DNA of 64,000 nucleotides from Candidatus Kapaibacterium sp. (GCA_038210275.1 JBBQWV010000019.1:5965-69964); one strand, 5' to 3'. Numbered from the stretch's first letter, positions 10,824 through 21,547 are shown. The notes: generated from the sequence alone by a model not told the origin. Numbers and translations: made by a program.

Positions 10824-12020
10824 CTACTTAACATTTACGCCTAAAGCTTTCACCGCCAAATATGCTTGCATTGTAATCCCCGTCTTTAACGCTTTTTCGT
10901 CTATCGTAAAATGATCATTATGAATATCGGCGATGATGCCCTGTTTCTTATTTCGAATACCAAGACGGTAGAAAGTACCGGGGACTTTCTCCAGATAATA
11001 TGCAAAGTCTTCCGCACCCATCAGTCGTTCAGCTTGGAATACATGGTCACTTCCGAATAACTCACGGGCGCATTCTTCGGCGAAGATAGTTCTTCCCGGT
11101 TCGTTGCGAAGCACCGGATAACCTTTATCAATATGAACGTCACACGTCGCTCCGGCTGAAGCACAAATGCCTTCGGTAATTTCTTTTACTCGTGAATGTG
11201 CATACTCACGCCACTCTTTTGTCATTGACCGTAATGTGCCGACAAGTTTGACTTCTTCAGGAATAATATTCGGTGCGAACCCGCCGTGAATAGAACCAAT
11301 AGTAATCACGCCCTGACTGAATGGATCAATGCTCCTTGAGATGAGCGTTTGCAACGCAAGAATCACTTGCGCGGAAGTTACAATGGGATCAACAGTAAAA
11401 TGCGGACGTGCACCATGTCCCGATTTTCCTTTGATCGTGATATAAAGCTCATCGGCACTTGCCATCATTTCGCCTTCGCAAAAGCCGACTGTGCCTGCAT
11501 CATGCTGGGCTATGACGTGTAAACCATAAATTTCATCAACGCCATCAAGCGCACCATCTTCGATCATAAAAGGGGCACCGCCCGGGTTTTTTTCTTCGCT
11601 TGGTTGAAAAAGAAAACGCACCTCACCATGAAATTCATCTTTCAGTTCGGAAAGTATCATCGCAGCGCCCAAGCCTATTGCCGTATGCGCATCATGTCCA
11701 CAAGCGTGCATCTTCCCTTGATTCTTCGAGGCGAACGGAAGTCCCGTCGCTTCGAGAATCGGCAGCGCATCCATATCGCTGCGAAGAGCGACGACTTTAC
11801 CTTTGCTGTTTCCTTTCAGTGTGCCAACAAGTCCTGTTCTCGCAACTCCGCGCTTCACCTCAATACCGTTCTTCTCTAAAGTCGAAGCAACGAGCTTCGA
11901 CGTTTCATGCTCTTCAAAAGCAAGTTCAGGATTGGCATGAATCGTCCGGCGAAGCGAGACCACTTCGTCAAAATACTTATCGGCAAGTAGTTTTATTTTT
12001 TCTTGTATTTGCATTGACAA
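10824..12020 (-). CDS. M20D family amidohydrolase
   Basis: RRTIHANPELAFEE, RSDMDALP, MHACGHDAH, FQPSEE, AEDF. Confidence 0.95.
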   Translation of the reverse strand: MSMQIQEKIKLLADKYFDEVVSLRRTIHANPELAFEEHETSKLVASTLEKNGIEVKRGVARTGLVGTLKGNSKGKVVALRSDMDALPILEATGLPFASKNQGKMHACGHDAHTAIGLGAAMILSELKDEFHGEVRFLFQPSEEKNPGGAPFMIEDGALDGVDEIYGLHVIAQHDAGTVGFCEGEMMASADELYITIKGKSGHGARPHFTVDPIVTSAQVILALQTLISRSIDPFSQGVITIGSIHGGFAPNIIPEEVKLVGTLRSMTKEWREYAHSRVKEITEGICASAGATCDVHIDKGYPVLRNEPGRTIFAEECARELFGSDHVFQAERLMGAEDFAYYLEKVPGTFYRLGIRNKKQGIIADIHNDHFTIDEKALKTGITMQAYLAVKALGVNVK

Positions 12021-12024
12021 TGAG

Positions 12025-12963
12025 TTATTTCTTCCTCACAACAAACTTTACTTCCGGCGGATCAATCGAAAGAACTTCGATTCCCTTCGGCGCTTCGACA
12101 ATTGGCTTTACACCTGAAAGCAAATCAAATCGCATTGCATCGTAGATCACTTTTGCGCGAACCGTCATCGGATCAAGCTTTGCAAGTTGATCTACTCCGC
12201 CGCGAAGCGTTACGGATATGCTTCCGGGATTCAGAAGTAGATCACGATCAGGCGGAAGTGCTTCGACGGAAATCGGAATCTCCTTAAAAACTCTTTCGGC
12301 AATTGCTTCAACCGTGATACGAACATTGATCGCACTTACAGAAAGTGAAGTGATCTCATCTTTTAACGTATCCGATAATTCAAGAGTTTTTGTAAAAGTC
12401 TCGCGGATATTATGCGCCTTCAAAATTTTTGTCGGAAATGAACGCAACGAATCAAGCAGTACACTCGAACCTTTTAGTGTCAATTGCGCCGGTGCGATGA
12501 GTGGATCACCGACAATTATATAACCTGCCGCGGGAGTTACATCCAGCCGCAGATCGACGGGCATCTTCTTCGTCATCTCACGCGAAAACTGAATGCCGAG
12601 TGAATCCGGGACCATCTTTATCAGTTTTACGTCACTTGGAAGAGTCGATGATAAGGCAAGATCTTCTTTGGTAATATAAAATTTTCCTGCGGTTAAATTC
12701 TTTGTATCCCGCTCAGTCAGATCAAGTTTGAAGCGCGATTTGCTTGCCAGATTCATCAGCATCAAACGCCATCCCACCCCGCTGAAACGCGCATGAATAC
12801 TTTCAGGAAGTTCAGTTGCGATCGCATAACCCGTAGGCGAAGTAATCTCCAAAGGAAGATCCATATCCACTTCGTAATTTGAAGAAAGATGGACATAGCC
12901 CCACAGCAGCAAAGCAAAAAAGATCGCCGTCGAAAGTATTCCTATCCGTCGTGCAAGTCCCAC
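12025..12963 (-). CDS. YbbR/CdaR-like domain protein
   Basis: N-terminal TM (FFALLLWGYV) followed by repeated YbbR-like beta domains (P..I.V.L.G pattern). Confidence 0.8.
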   Translation of the reverse strand: MGLARRIGILSTAIFFALLLWGYVHLSSNYEVDMDLPLEITSPTGYAIATELPESIHARFSGVGWRLMLMNLASKSRFKLDLTERDTKNLTAGKFYITKEDLALSSTLPSDVKLIKMVPDSLGIQFSREMTKKMPVDLRLDVTPAAGYIIVGDPLIAPAQLTLKGSSVLLDSLRSFPTKILKAHNIRETFTKTLELSDTLKDEITSLSVSAINVRITVEAIAERVFKEIPISVEALPPDRDLLLNPGSISVTLRGGVDQLAKLDPMTVRAKVIYDAMRFDLLSGVKPIVEAPKGIEVLSIDPPEVKFVVRKK

Positions 12964-13037
12964 GTTATCGGTGTAATGAAATGATAATCAATGGGTTGTA
13001 AACGTTAAAGGAGGAGTTTGAATTCGTGCTCGAATTC

Positions 13038-13601
13038 TTAATTTACAATTCTCAATTCGCTTGCAGGCGGATATGCCCTCGGGGAATTTGTCTTGGGATA
13101 AATATATCCGCTGGTTTGGAGGAGACTTAACAATTCGGACCTGGTTGCTTTCGAAATATCTCTTCCCTTGATCGGGAAAGCCTCAAGACTTCTGGCATAA
13201 CGGCGAAGTTCATGGACATTCCATGAATCCATCTCGGTGATATGCAGATCATCAATCGCACGGACGCGAGGCTCTTTTATCATTTCTGCTTCAGACTCGC
13301 TCGACGCAATCATCAATGATTTCAGCAGCAAAGACATCGCTTCTTTATCAGGACGGGCGAAAAAGATCGTATCGCTGACTCCGCTGAGCGACTTCACAAA
13401 TTCTGTCGCATGCTGAACCTCTGCCAAACCTCCGGCTATGACGGTTGTAATGACACCTGCATTATTCGCAGCAGTAACGCCGACGATCCGTGCGCGTGTA
13501 TCAACCTTCAGCGAATGCAAAAGCTTTGCAAGCGCAATTGAACCGGAGCATTCAATGACTCCGGCACTTTCTGACAAACTAATATGTGCCTTTTCTGACA
13601 A
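13038..13601 (-). CDS. divergent BMC shell-domain protein with C-terminal helical extension
   Basis: AGVIECSG...VITTVIAGGLAEVQHA...FARPD aligns by eye with the BMC (Pfam00936) pattern; tail WNVHELRRYARSLEAFPIKGRDISKA. Confidence 0.6.
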   Translation of the reverse strand: MSEKAHISLSESAGVIECSGSIALAKLLHSLKVDTRARIVGVTAANNAGVITTVIAGGLAEVQHATEFVKSLSGVSDTIFFARPDKEAMSLLLKSLMIASSESEAEMIKEPRVRAIDDLHITEMDSWNVHELRRYARSLEAFPIKGRDISKATRSELLSLLQTSGYIYPKTNSPRAYPPASELRIVN

Positions 13602-13716
13602 TTGTGAATTTTTTGTTAATACAAATATAGCATATTTTTTTGAAGCCAGCCTAAGTTTTTTCGATAATTGCTCTTATCAGGGCTGTTTCAATGATTTTTT
13701 GGGTTAATCTATTAAA

Positions 13717-14010
13717 TTATGCTGCCTTTCGAGCTTTTTGGGGTAAGGCTGCGATCAAATGCCGCAGCGCAGTATTCACAGATTTTGTATCCGGAAATAC
13801 TTCTGAAACATCTGCATCGAGAATGATAAGCGATTGTTTTTTAATAAGCTTTTTCTTTACGGCTTTTCCATTGGATGAGTAAATGGAAATGACTGCTCCG
13901 CCGGAAAATTTCTTCGCGTAATTTGGCTTATCTCCTTTTGTAAAATCATAATGGGGCTGCATGGCATCCGCCGACGACTCCGTGTTATTTTTTGCGCTTT
14001 TCATATACAT
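13717..14010 (-). CDS. BrnA-like antitoxin
   Basis: MQPHYDF...NYAKKF...ILDADVSEVFPDTKSVNTALRHL; overlaps the end of the BrnT-like gene. Confidence 0.8.
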   Translation of the reverse strand: MYMKSAKNNTESSADAMQPHYDFTKGDKPNYAKKFSGGAVISIYSSNGKAVKKKLIKKQSLIILDADVSEVFPDTKSVNTALRHLIAALPQKARKAA

Positions 14011-14278
14011 CTCTTTCCTTTTTATTAGCCAACCTTGAGGAAATAATACGAATATTATTTCCTCGTTCCGTAAAAATAGTAACGACCATTTTCGTTCGTT
14101 GAATTTTTCCTATACCGCTATAACGCTGCTCAGTGAGCGAGTGTTTCCTGTCTTCGGCACGAACGAAATCCGCATCAAAAAAAGACAGGGCAGCTTCCTC
14201 AAAACTTACGCCATGCTTTTCAAGATTCAATAATGCCTTCTGCTCATTCCATTCAAAATGTCCTATTGTCTCAGGCAT
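13985..14278 (-). CDS. BrnT family toxin
   Basis: FEWNEQKALLNLEKHGVSFEEA...IRIISSRLANKKERDVYE. Confidence 0.92.
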   Translation of the reverse strand: MPETIGHFEWNEQKALLNLEKHGVSFEEAALSFFDADFVRAEDRKHSLTEQRYSGIGKIQRTKMVVTIFTERGNNIRIISSRLANKKERDVYEKRKK

Positions 14279-14292
14279 ATTTGTTATGTACT

Positions 14293-16572
14293 CTATCTCA
14301 CCACCGTAAACTTCCCTGTCAAAACCTTACCATTAGAATTTACCCTTGCAAAATAGGTACCTCCATTTAACTGTGTCGTCGGAATAGTGAAGTTCCGAAT
14401 TCCGATTTGCTCAGCAATGCCAATACCTTTGGAATGATAGACCTCTTTGCCGAGTACATCAAACACACTGATCTCGACTTCCCTATCTAAAGGGATCTCT
14501 GATGTCAGTCGCAGATTCACAGAATTTCCGGAAGATGGATTCGGCAAAATATTTAATCCCCAAACTGATCCGTCATCTTCATTTTTGACACTTGACGATC
14601 TATCAATAATCACCACTTCTCCAAGGAAATCGCCTTCGAAATTATGGCAGAATGAATAAGTATTTCCCTTTGCGCGGACGGAAAGTTGATCGAGAAAAAT
14701 GTATGTTCCTTTTGCATTCGCTTTATACGTATCAAAACGCAACGTCCCAAGCAGCAAAGAATCAGAAATAACAGAGCCACCCATATTGGTGATCGTAATT
14801 GTCAATGAGTCTTTACTTCCGCTAGAAGATTTATATGCCCATCCGGAAGGCGGCGTATAACGTGCGCCAACTTTCGTCGGAGATATATCAATGATATCGG
14901 AGTTGTATTCTATTCCGAACGTTATCTCATCCGCAATGAACCCTTGCTGCACAAAATTCTGCGGTATCCGCACTGCCATCGGAACCGTCACTGTCGTATC
15001 GGGATAGGTAGAATGTACGCCGAGAAAATAGGGGTACGCATATCCAGTCGAAACCGAAAGAGGTTTTTGGACCGTGCGGACAATTCCTGAATCCTGATCG
15101 ATCACCACAAGCTCGTTATACCGCACATTCTTAATAACCTGCCTACCCCCCGGCTGCCAAACAACAACGACAGAATCAATCGTAGAAGAACTCTCCGAAC
15201 AACCAGTAGCCCCAAAACCGAAATGAGCCATGAGGGGAGAATAGCCATAGTTTCCTTGTGTGTAACCAACTTCTCGATTTTGCCTTCGCCCCTCTGAATA
15301 AGCTATAACTCGTGCACCAATTCCATTTGAATTAGCTTGGTGTCCACGAAGTGTTACATTTAACCAACGATTAGTATTACCCTCGTTGTGCCACAATTCA
15401 ACAGTTCCAACACCATTATGTTGAATATCTATAAATCCGTCATTATCATAATCCGTAAGTGAAGCATTATGCAATCCACCTGTCGGTGGATTGTTCAAAG
15501 GTAAATCTGTAGGTGATTTAAAACCTATTGGGCTTCCGTAATAAATTTGAGATATTGCATCTTCATTCATTAGAAAAAGATCAAGATACCCATCATTGTC
15601 AAAATCGTAAAAGAATATGGCTATATGTGTTCCCTTCTTTGCCGAATCCAAACCAAGATCATGAGTCCAGTCGACAAAAGATTTACCTTGAATATCATGA
15701 AAAACAAATAGCTTGTTCGGATAATGTACGAGTAAATCAGGGTATCCATCATTATCAATATCAGCGAACGCGGCTGCGCCGGGATAGTCGCTTAACAGTC
15801 TAACAGTTTTAAGAAATGAATTGTCAAAACCAACAAAGCCGCCACCCGGTGACGAAAAGAACAAAGAATCTAAACCTCTCGCATTTCCGAACAAATAATC
15901 AGGGATTGAATCATCATTAATATACGTGGCAAGTATCTCATCACCTTGCCCTCCATTAAAAAATGGCTTCGCCAAATCAAAAGATTTGCCATTATTCATT
16001 TCTATTGAAGTACCTTGGAATCCTTGCGTATTGATTAGAAGATCAAGTTTGCCATCCGAATTTATGTCACTAAAAATTGCTCCTGTCGCATATACACCCG
16101 GTTGATGGAATAGATTTCCTGCATCTCTAAAAGTCATATCACCATTGTTCAACCAGAGAAAATCGTTTGAAGTTGGGAAATGACTTTCATAGCAATCGAT
16201 AAATCCATCATTATTGAAATCACCCCAGCACATCTGTCCAGTGTAAGAAGGTGTTGCCGAAGGAAACGCAGTGGCCCGAATCTCTTTAAATGTCCCGTCA
16301 CGAAGGTTATGAAACATTTGATTATATTCGTCACCCTTACCGCTCCCGTGAGCTACGTAAAGATCAAGATAGTCGTCATTATCACTATCAATCCACATGG
16401 ATGAAAATGAATACGAATTCGAACTCGCAGCAGAGATTCCACTTGAATCAGAAACATTTTTGAATACAACCTGACAAAAGGACAAACGGACATCACCTAA
16501 TAAAATTAGAGTAATGAGCGCCAAAATCAAGGAAGACTTCTTCAATAGTGCTATTTTCTTAAAATAAGTCAT
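14293..16572 (-). CDS. FG-GAP/VCBS repeat plus ASPIC/UnbV domain protein with T9SS C-terminal domain
   Basis: Repeated D.D.DG..D motifs; NSNGIGARV...HFGFG; C-terminal PNP...GTYFARV...KFTVVR. Confidence 0.88.
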   Translation of the reverse strand: MTYFKKIALLKKSSLILALITLILLGDVRLSFCQVVFKNVSDSSGISAASSNSYSFSSMWIDSDNDDYLDLYVAHGSGKGDEYNQMFHNLRDGTFKEIRATAFPSATPSYTGQMCWGDFNNDGFIDCYESHFPTSNDFLWLNNGDMTFRDAGNLFHQPGVYATGAIFSDINSDGKLDLLINTQGFQGTSIEMNNGKSFDLAKPFFNGGQGDEILATYINDDSIPDYLFGNARGLDSLFFSSPGGGFVGFDNSFLKTVRLLSDYPGAAAFADIDNDGYPDLLVHYPNKLFVFHDIQGKSFVDWTHDLGLDSAKKGTHIAIFFYDFDNDGYLDLFLMNEDAISQIYYGSPIGFKSPTDLPLNNPPTGGLHNASLTDYDNDGFIDIQHNGVGTVELWHNEGNTNRWLNVTLRGHQANSNGIGARVIAYSEGRRQNREVGYTQGNYGYSPLMAHFGFGATGCSESSSTIDSVVVVWQPGGRQVIKNVRYNELVVIDQDSGIVRTVQKPLSVSTGYAYPYFLGVHSTYPDTTVTVPMAVRIPQNFVQQGFIADEITFGIEYNSDIIDISPTKVGARYTPPSGWAYKSSSGSKDSLTITITNMGGSVISDSLLLGTLRFDTYKANAKGTYIFLDQLSVRAKGNTYSFCHNFEGDFLGEVVIIDRSSSVKNEDDGSVWGLNILPNPSSGNSVNLRLTSEIPLDREVEISVFDVLGKEVYHSKGIGIAEQIGIRNFTIPTTQLNGGTYFARVNSNGKVLTGKFTVVR

Positions 16573-16611
16573 AGTAATAACTTTCTAAACCTCACGATTG
16601 TTACACATAAA

Positions 16612-17805
16612 TTGCAAAAAAGACTTCATAACCAACTATTCTATCTCGCGTTAACGGGATACGGTCTTCTCATTTTTTTGGGGAATTGGAATCATGTTGT
16701 CCAACAAGGAATTTATTTTAATCAATATCTTCCAATTGCAAAACATATTCTAAGTGGTGATGGATATACCATCCATTCAGGAAGTCAAATCCTCTATCCT
16801 CTTTGGGGATATCCTCTGCTCACTATGCTCGGAGAATTATCCGGCTCTCCAATAATTTTCCTGTTTATATTTCAATTTATAACTTGCATAATTGGAATTT
16901 CTTTTTTCTATAAATTTTTCAACCTCGAAAAGAAACTTTGGCACATTCCTCTTTATACCCCCTTCATAGCCTTACTGTCTGTTCGTTGGCCCGATGCGAT
17001 CGTAGCGACACTATTGATTATCATAGCATACTATTTTAAGGAAAGCTTGAGAAATCATTCAAAAAAATATGCTATCATCAGTGGACTACTTTTCGGACTC
17101 TTACTGAATTTCAGAAGCGAATATCTCGGATTATTATTTGCCCTTGCAGTTATTGCAATAGTATCTTTATTCCGCGATAGAAAACTGTATTTCAATCTCT
17201 TTGTACTCACTATTCTGAGTACTCTTTTCATGTTGCTTCCGTGGGCTTATTATTCATATTCCATTAATAAGCACATTCATCTGGCAGCCACGAATGGCGG
17301 CGGCGTACTTTATATAAGTCTTGGCCAGTTGCCCAACAATCCATGGGACATCACTCATTCTGACTCTGTTGCATATTCAGTTGCAAAAGAAAATGGAGTT
17401 GATGACCCCTATTCCGCAAGAGGTGATTCATTGTTGACAGCAAAATTTCTTTATGACATAGAAAGTAAACCTATTGCCTACTCAGAGAAGATAGGCTATA
17501 ATTTACTATCGTCTTTGGTGCGGGGTGTCTATATCGGAGAATATTCCAACATTATTGAAAAGGGTATCAAAATTATATTCATTCTTATTTTTGATTTACT
17601 ATTGCTAATGACGTGCATATATCTTGTAAGACAAATGAAAAGATCATTCATCTTATCAATAGTTCTTACCTTTATACTTTATAAGTTTGCCCTAATCACT
17701 CTGGTGCAGTATGAGCCTCGGCACATGAATACAATCTATCTTTTTCTTTTTGGAACAGCGTTGCTATTTCTTAATAATCGAAAATCTGCAACTCCTCGAA
17801 ATTAA
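16612..17805 (+). CDS. polytopic membrane protein, probable GT-C-type glycosyltransferase
   Basis: YPLWGYP motif, GLLFGLLLNFRSE, EPRH; many hydrophobic segments; AT-rich. Confidence 0.6.
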   Translation: MQKRLHNQLFYLALTGYGLLIFLGNWNHVVQQGIYFNQYLPIAKHILSGDGYTIHSGSQILYPLWGYPLLTMLGELSGSPIIFLFIFQFITCIIGISFFYKFFNLEKKLWHIPLYTPFIALLSVRWPDAIVATLLIIIAYYFKESLRNHSKKYAIISGLLFGLLLNFRSEYLGLLFALAVIAIVSLFRDRKLYFNLFVLTILSTLFMLLPWAYYSYSINKHIHLAATNGGGVLYISLGQLPNNPWDITHSDSVAYSVAKENGVDDPYSARGDSLLTAKFLYDIESKPIAYSEKIGYNLLSSLVRGVYIGEYSNIIEKGIKIIFILIFDLLLLMTCIYLVRQMKRSFILSIVLTFILYKFALITLVQYEPRHMNTIYLFLFGTALLFLNNRKSATPRN

Positions 17806-17877
17806 CTGGCATTGCAATAGCGTTTAAAAGTGTCTTACGAATTTTCTTTGAGCTTCTTAAAATAGAGCTACAATTAG

Positions 17878-19161
17878 TCAGCTTTTCTGTCTGAATTTTA
17901 TCATTCCGCGCATCGAAACTCCTAACTCTCTGCGCATTGCGATAAAGGCAAAGATGCCGATGGCAGTGGTGGATGCTAAGACGCTGAGGGCTGCGCCAGT
18001 TGCTGCCATTGAGGGGACAAGCAGACGGTTCAGCGCGAAGAAGATGATCGTCCCGCCCAGAACCGAAAGGAATAAGCCCTTGACGCGCCCGATGCCGATG
18101 AGGACGTTGGTTGAGACAAGCGCAAGTGGAAGAGTAAAGCCGGTCAGAATAAGAATTTGAAAGACTTGAGCAATGCCTGGAAATTTGCCTTTGTAAAAAA
18201 TATTCATCAGCAGATCGGAGCCAAGCGCCAGCGTTAGAGAGATCGGCACAAGAACTGCGAACGAAAGAAGAAGCAATTTTTCGACAAGCTCGGAAAGTTT
18301 TTTGCTGTCGCCACTGGTATGCAAACGTGAGGCGATCGGCACGATCAGCAACGTCGCCCCTTCGCGCACTGCATCAAAAAAACGGTAAAGCGTTTTTGCG
18401 GCAGAGTATAGCGCAACATACGCCGGAGCATAGACTCCAACAACCAGCACATCAGCCCATTGCTGAATCGTCAGTAGCGCACTTGTTCCGGCTTGGAATT
18501 TTGCAAAGGATAAAAGTTTTCCATATTCATTTCGTGGGACATGAAGCAGCGGCATTGCGCGAAATGCTTTACGAGAATACATGATCGCTACCAGACTTGA
18601 AAGAGCACTGCCGATAATATTGATCGTAACAAAATCCATTGCCGTATGAAAAATGCCAAGTGAATTTGCGAGAATCGTCATCAGAGTGATTGAACCGAAG
18701 AATGCAAGATCGACAAAGAAAATATCGGAGATGCGGTAGGTGATCTGTAAATAGCGAATGCCGACATTACGAAAAATATTCAGCACAAGCAAAAGCGGAA
18801 GCCACGGCAGCATTGCGCCAAGTTCAGGACTTGCAAAAAGTTTAGTAATTGCATCGGCGAAAATCACAAACGCACTTCCGACGACAAGCATCACAAGCGA
18901 GTAGAGATTAAAACTTGCTGCAAGAATTTCTTCGACTTCAGCTTTATGTTCGCTGGCGAATTTCACCATCGGCTGAAGAAAGATCGAATCCGAAAGAACG
19001 CAGATGATTAGAAAAATAGATTGGAATAAAGAGAATGCCGCCCATTCTTTCGCAGGGAGTACAGCAATCACGATCAGAAGGATCGTGAAGCCGTTAAGGA
19101 AGATTAATCCCTTATCAGCAATCGCCCATATTCCGGTATTAAGATGTTCGCGAAGTTTCAA
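17878..19161 (-). CDS. oligosaccharide flippase (Wzx/MOP family)
   Basis: About 12 hydrophobic segments, AD.LVVG...ALYSAA pattern; adjacent to heparinase-like gene. Confidence 0.8.
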   Translation of the reverse strand: MKLREHLNTGIWAIADKGLIFLNGFTILLIVIAVLPAKEWAAFSLFQSIFLIICVLSDSIFLQPMVKFASEHKAEVEEILAASFNLYSLVMLVVGSAFVIFADAITKLFASPELGAMLPWLPLLLVLNIFRNVGIRYLQITYRISDIFFVDLAFFGSITLMTILANSLGIFHTAMDFVTINIIGSALSSLVAIMYSRKAFRAMPLLHVPRNEYGKLLSFAKFQAGTSALLTIQQWADVLVVGVYAPAYVALYSAAKTLYRFFDAVREGATLLIVPIASRLHTSGDSKKLSELVEKLLLLSFAVLVPISLTLALGSDLLMNIFYKGKFPGIAQVFQILILTGFTLPLALVSTNVLIGIGRVKGLFLSVLGGTIIFFALNRLLVPSMAATGAALSVLASTTAIGIFAFIAMRRELGVSMRGMIKFRQKS

Positions 19162-19166
19162 GGACA

Positions 19167-19195
19167 GTCGTTAGTCTTTAGCGTTTAGTTTTTAG
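19167..19195. repeat. heptamer tandem repeat, 4 units
   Basis: GTCGTTA GTCTTTA GCGTTTA GTTTTTA in an intergenic gap. Confidence 0.6.
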
Positions 19196-19201
19196 CAGAA
19201 A

Positions 19202-21007
19202 TTAATCCGAATCGTGAACAGCTTTCAAGATAAATGTCACAAGTCTTTTTTCCCGCGCAGAGATAGTATCATGGATTTTTATTTTCCAAGCCTTCGATTT
19301 CCGCATATATGATGGTGCAAAATCATATTCAAGAAGTTCTAACTCTGTGCTGATACCTGAAAGTTCAAATTCGAAATGATTATTTCTGAAATCGCGTAGG
19401 GCAAATTTCGACGGACTGATCTTTTCGAGCCGCCAGCGTGGATGAAAATGGAAATTCCATTCAAGCGATTGACCGGAATGAAAGTGGAGATGATCTTCTA
19501 AAATAAATTTGTCAGGCGTGAGAATAAAATGCCGTTCGTGTTCATCTATCCATTCAAGAGTTGATGTTTGAGCTTTGATCTCGTTTTCATCAAATTCAAA
19601 TTTTTTGATAAAAGCAGCGGGGCGCGTCTTGATCCAACCAAAGCTCGGCTCCATTATTGCTCCGGTATTTTGGCCAACGATTAAACCATTGTGATAGTGG
19701 GCGCTACGCTCTTTATCGCGGTCATTTGGATAGCCGTTATAGGCGTATGTTCCGGGATCTACGAGGATATTAATGCCATCTAATGCAACAATCGGGGAGA
19801 GAAAATCATCGTGGGCATGAGAGGAAAAACCTTCGCCCCCCCAGCCGAAATCTCCGGCACGAACAAAAAGATAATTTTTACCAAGGGAAGCAGCAATACT
19901 TTCGGAGTATAGGAAATAATTTTGTCGCTCTTTCGTTATGAACGGATTTTCTCCAAATGCCAGATCTTTCCATTGCGAAGAAAGATTGATTGCTTTTCCG
20001 AAATCGCAATCGCCGTATTTCACCGCATCACCGTCAGGAAGGATTATCGAATTGCGATAGATTTGAATCTCATTGAAACGACGGGTAAATTCATCATCGA
20101 ATCCGTCATTGTTTGAATTTGCAGTGCGCAATGCAAGATCGGCAAAATCAGTTATAAATGTATGATACCATCCGGAAGATTCTTTGCTGGCGCCATCAGG
20201 GTATGTCTGATCTAAGATTGTCTCTTTTAGTATTTTTTTTGCTCGAAGTCGAAAAAATACTGCTTCAGGAAAATCAAAAAGAGATGAAAGAATATAGAGA
20301 CCTGCTGACTCTCCGATAAGATGATTCGAACGAACGATCTTATCTGTCGAGAGTTCTGCATTTAAGTAAGCTGCATGCTGCCAAATACTTTTGGCGATCT
20401 TCTCATTTTTCGAAATATCAAATCCGGCAAGAGCGAGAATGCGAAGCGAGGCAGCCCAGCTTATTCCACGAATTGCAATTTCCAGAGGGCTTGACCAATT
20501 GATACTTCCGGCGAATGGATTATCATCTATCCATGACAGGATTCGTGATTCAATTTCATTGGCATATTTTTTATCTTTTGATATGTACGCTGCTTGTGCA
20601 AGTAAAGGCAGATACTTAAAGCGATTTATTTCCCAAACGATCTTTACATCTCGAGGCGAATCTGCTGAATGAACGCGTGTTTCTTCATATCTTTTTTTCT
20701 CCCAGTATTTATTTTCAAGAGGATCGTAATTCCACGGATCGGCAAGCCCTTTGAGATGATGAGTGAATGTGAAGAAATAGTTTTCATCCCTCAGCATTTC
20801 ATCGGCTCGCTCAATAATTACAATACGCTCTTTCTCAGAGATTTCAATGGGTGATTCTTTAGGAAAAATAAGTTGAGCTGAACCTGAAGAAGAATTCACC
20901 AATGCTTTTAGTCTTCTACTCTTCGCACTTTTCTCGGCAATGAGCAGAATCGTACCGCGAATGCCGAGCTTTTTTATTGAGAATTTTAAGTTTTGTAGAG
21001 CGCTCAT
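19202..21007 (-). CDS. heparinase II/III family protein
   Basis: KIVWEINRF, NWSSPLEIAIR, NHLIGE, HAHDD, VDPGTYAY, HN motifs. Confidence 0.9.
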   Translation of the reverse strand: MSALQNLKFSIKKLGIRGTILLIAEKSAKSRRLKALVNSSSGSAQLIFPKESPIEISEKERIVIIERADEMLRDENYFFTFTHHLKGLADPWNYDPLENKYWEKKRYEETRVHSADSPRDVKIVWEINRFKYLPLLAQAAYISKDKKYANEIESRILSWIDDNPFAGSINWSSPLEIAIRGISWAASLRILALAGFDISKNEKIAKSIWQHAAYLNAELSTDKIVRSNHLIGESAGLYILSSLFDFPEAVFFRLRAKKILKETILDQTYPDGASKESSGWYHTFITDFADLALRTANSNNDGFDDEFTRRFNEIQIYRNSIILPDGDAVKYGDCDFGKAINLSSQWKDLAFGENPFITKERQNYFLYSESIAASLGKNYLFVRAGDFGWGGEGFSSHAHDDFLSPIVALDGINILVDPGTYAYNGYPNDRDKERSAHYHNGLIVGQNTGAIMEPSFGWIKTRPAAFIKKFEFDENEIKAQTSTLEWIDEHERHFILTPDKFILEDHLHFHSGQSLEWNFHFHPRWRLEKISPSKFALRDFRNNHFEFELSGISTELELLEYDFAPSYMRKSKAWKIKIHDTISAREKRLVTFILKAVHDSD

Positions 21008-21013
21008 TCGTAG

Positions 21014-21547
21014 TTAAAAATTCGATTCATCACGCCATCTGATCGCTTTCCACGGATCGTCTTTCGTCGGACGAGAAAGTGTAAAGATCGCTCTGCCATC
21101 AACGTGCAAAATCTCACCAAGATTCAGAGCTATATCAAGCGAGAACGAACGCGTAATATCATAGATTATATCAGTCCCACTCGAATCGAGTATTGTGCCC
21201 CAGAGCAGATCAAGTGATTCCGAAGATGCGAAAAGCGAACCAGTTGTTTGCATTTCTTCATCGCGACCCCATTCAAGATCCAATCCTCGATCATAATTAC
21301 GATAACTGAAAACAAAATTCGGTGCAAGTAATTTTCCGTAATAGGTTGTATCTTTGAATTGATAAGCTGAACGAAACGCATCGAAGAATCCGCTTATGGT
21401 ATGCGGATCGCCGAATCCATTCTGCGAAAGGGTATTATCAACTGCCGGAGCAAACGGATTGCAGGATGAAAAAAAAATAACGGCAAAAAGAAATAAAACA
21501 CACCATGTATATCTCCGAATGCGAAAGATATGATACACTATATTCAC
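21014..21547 (-). CDS. putative lipoprotein (NTF2-like fold inferred)
   Basis: Lipobox FSSC-NPFAP; WGRDEE; C-terminal W.AIRWRDES. Confidence 0.7.
   Translation of the reverse strand: MNIVYHIFRIRRYTWCVLFLFAVIFFSSCNPFAPAVDNTLSQNGFGDPHTISGFFDAFRSAYQFKDTTYYGKLLAPNFVFSYRNYDRGLDLEWGRDEEMQTTGSLFASSESLDLLWGTILDSSGTDIIYDITRSFSLDIALNLGEILHVDGRAIFTLSRPTKDDPWKAIRWRDESNF

Noticed and set aside
12025-12963. c-di-AMP operon
   Set aside because: No diadenylate cyclase gene is adjacent; YbbR-like genes often stand alone in this group.
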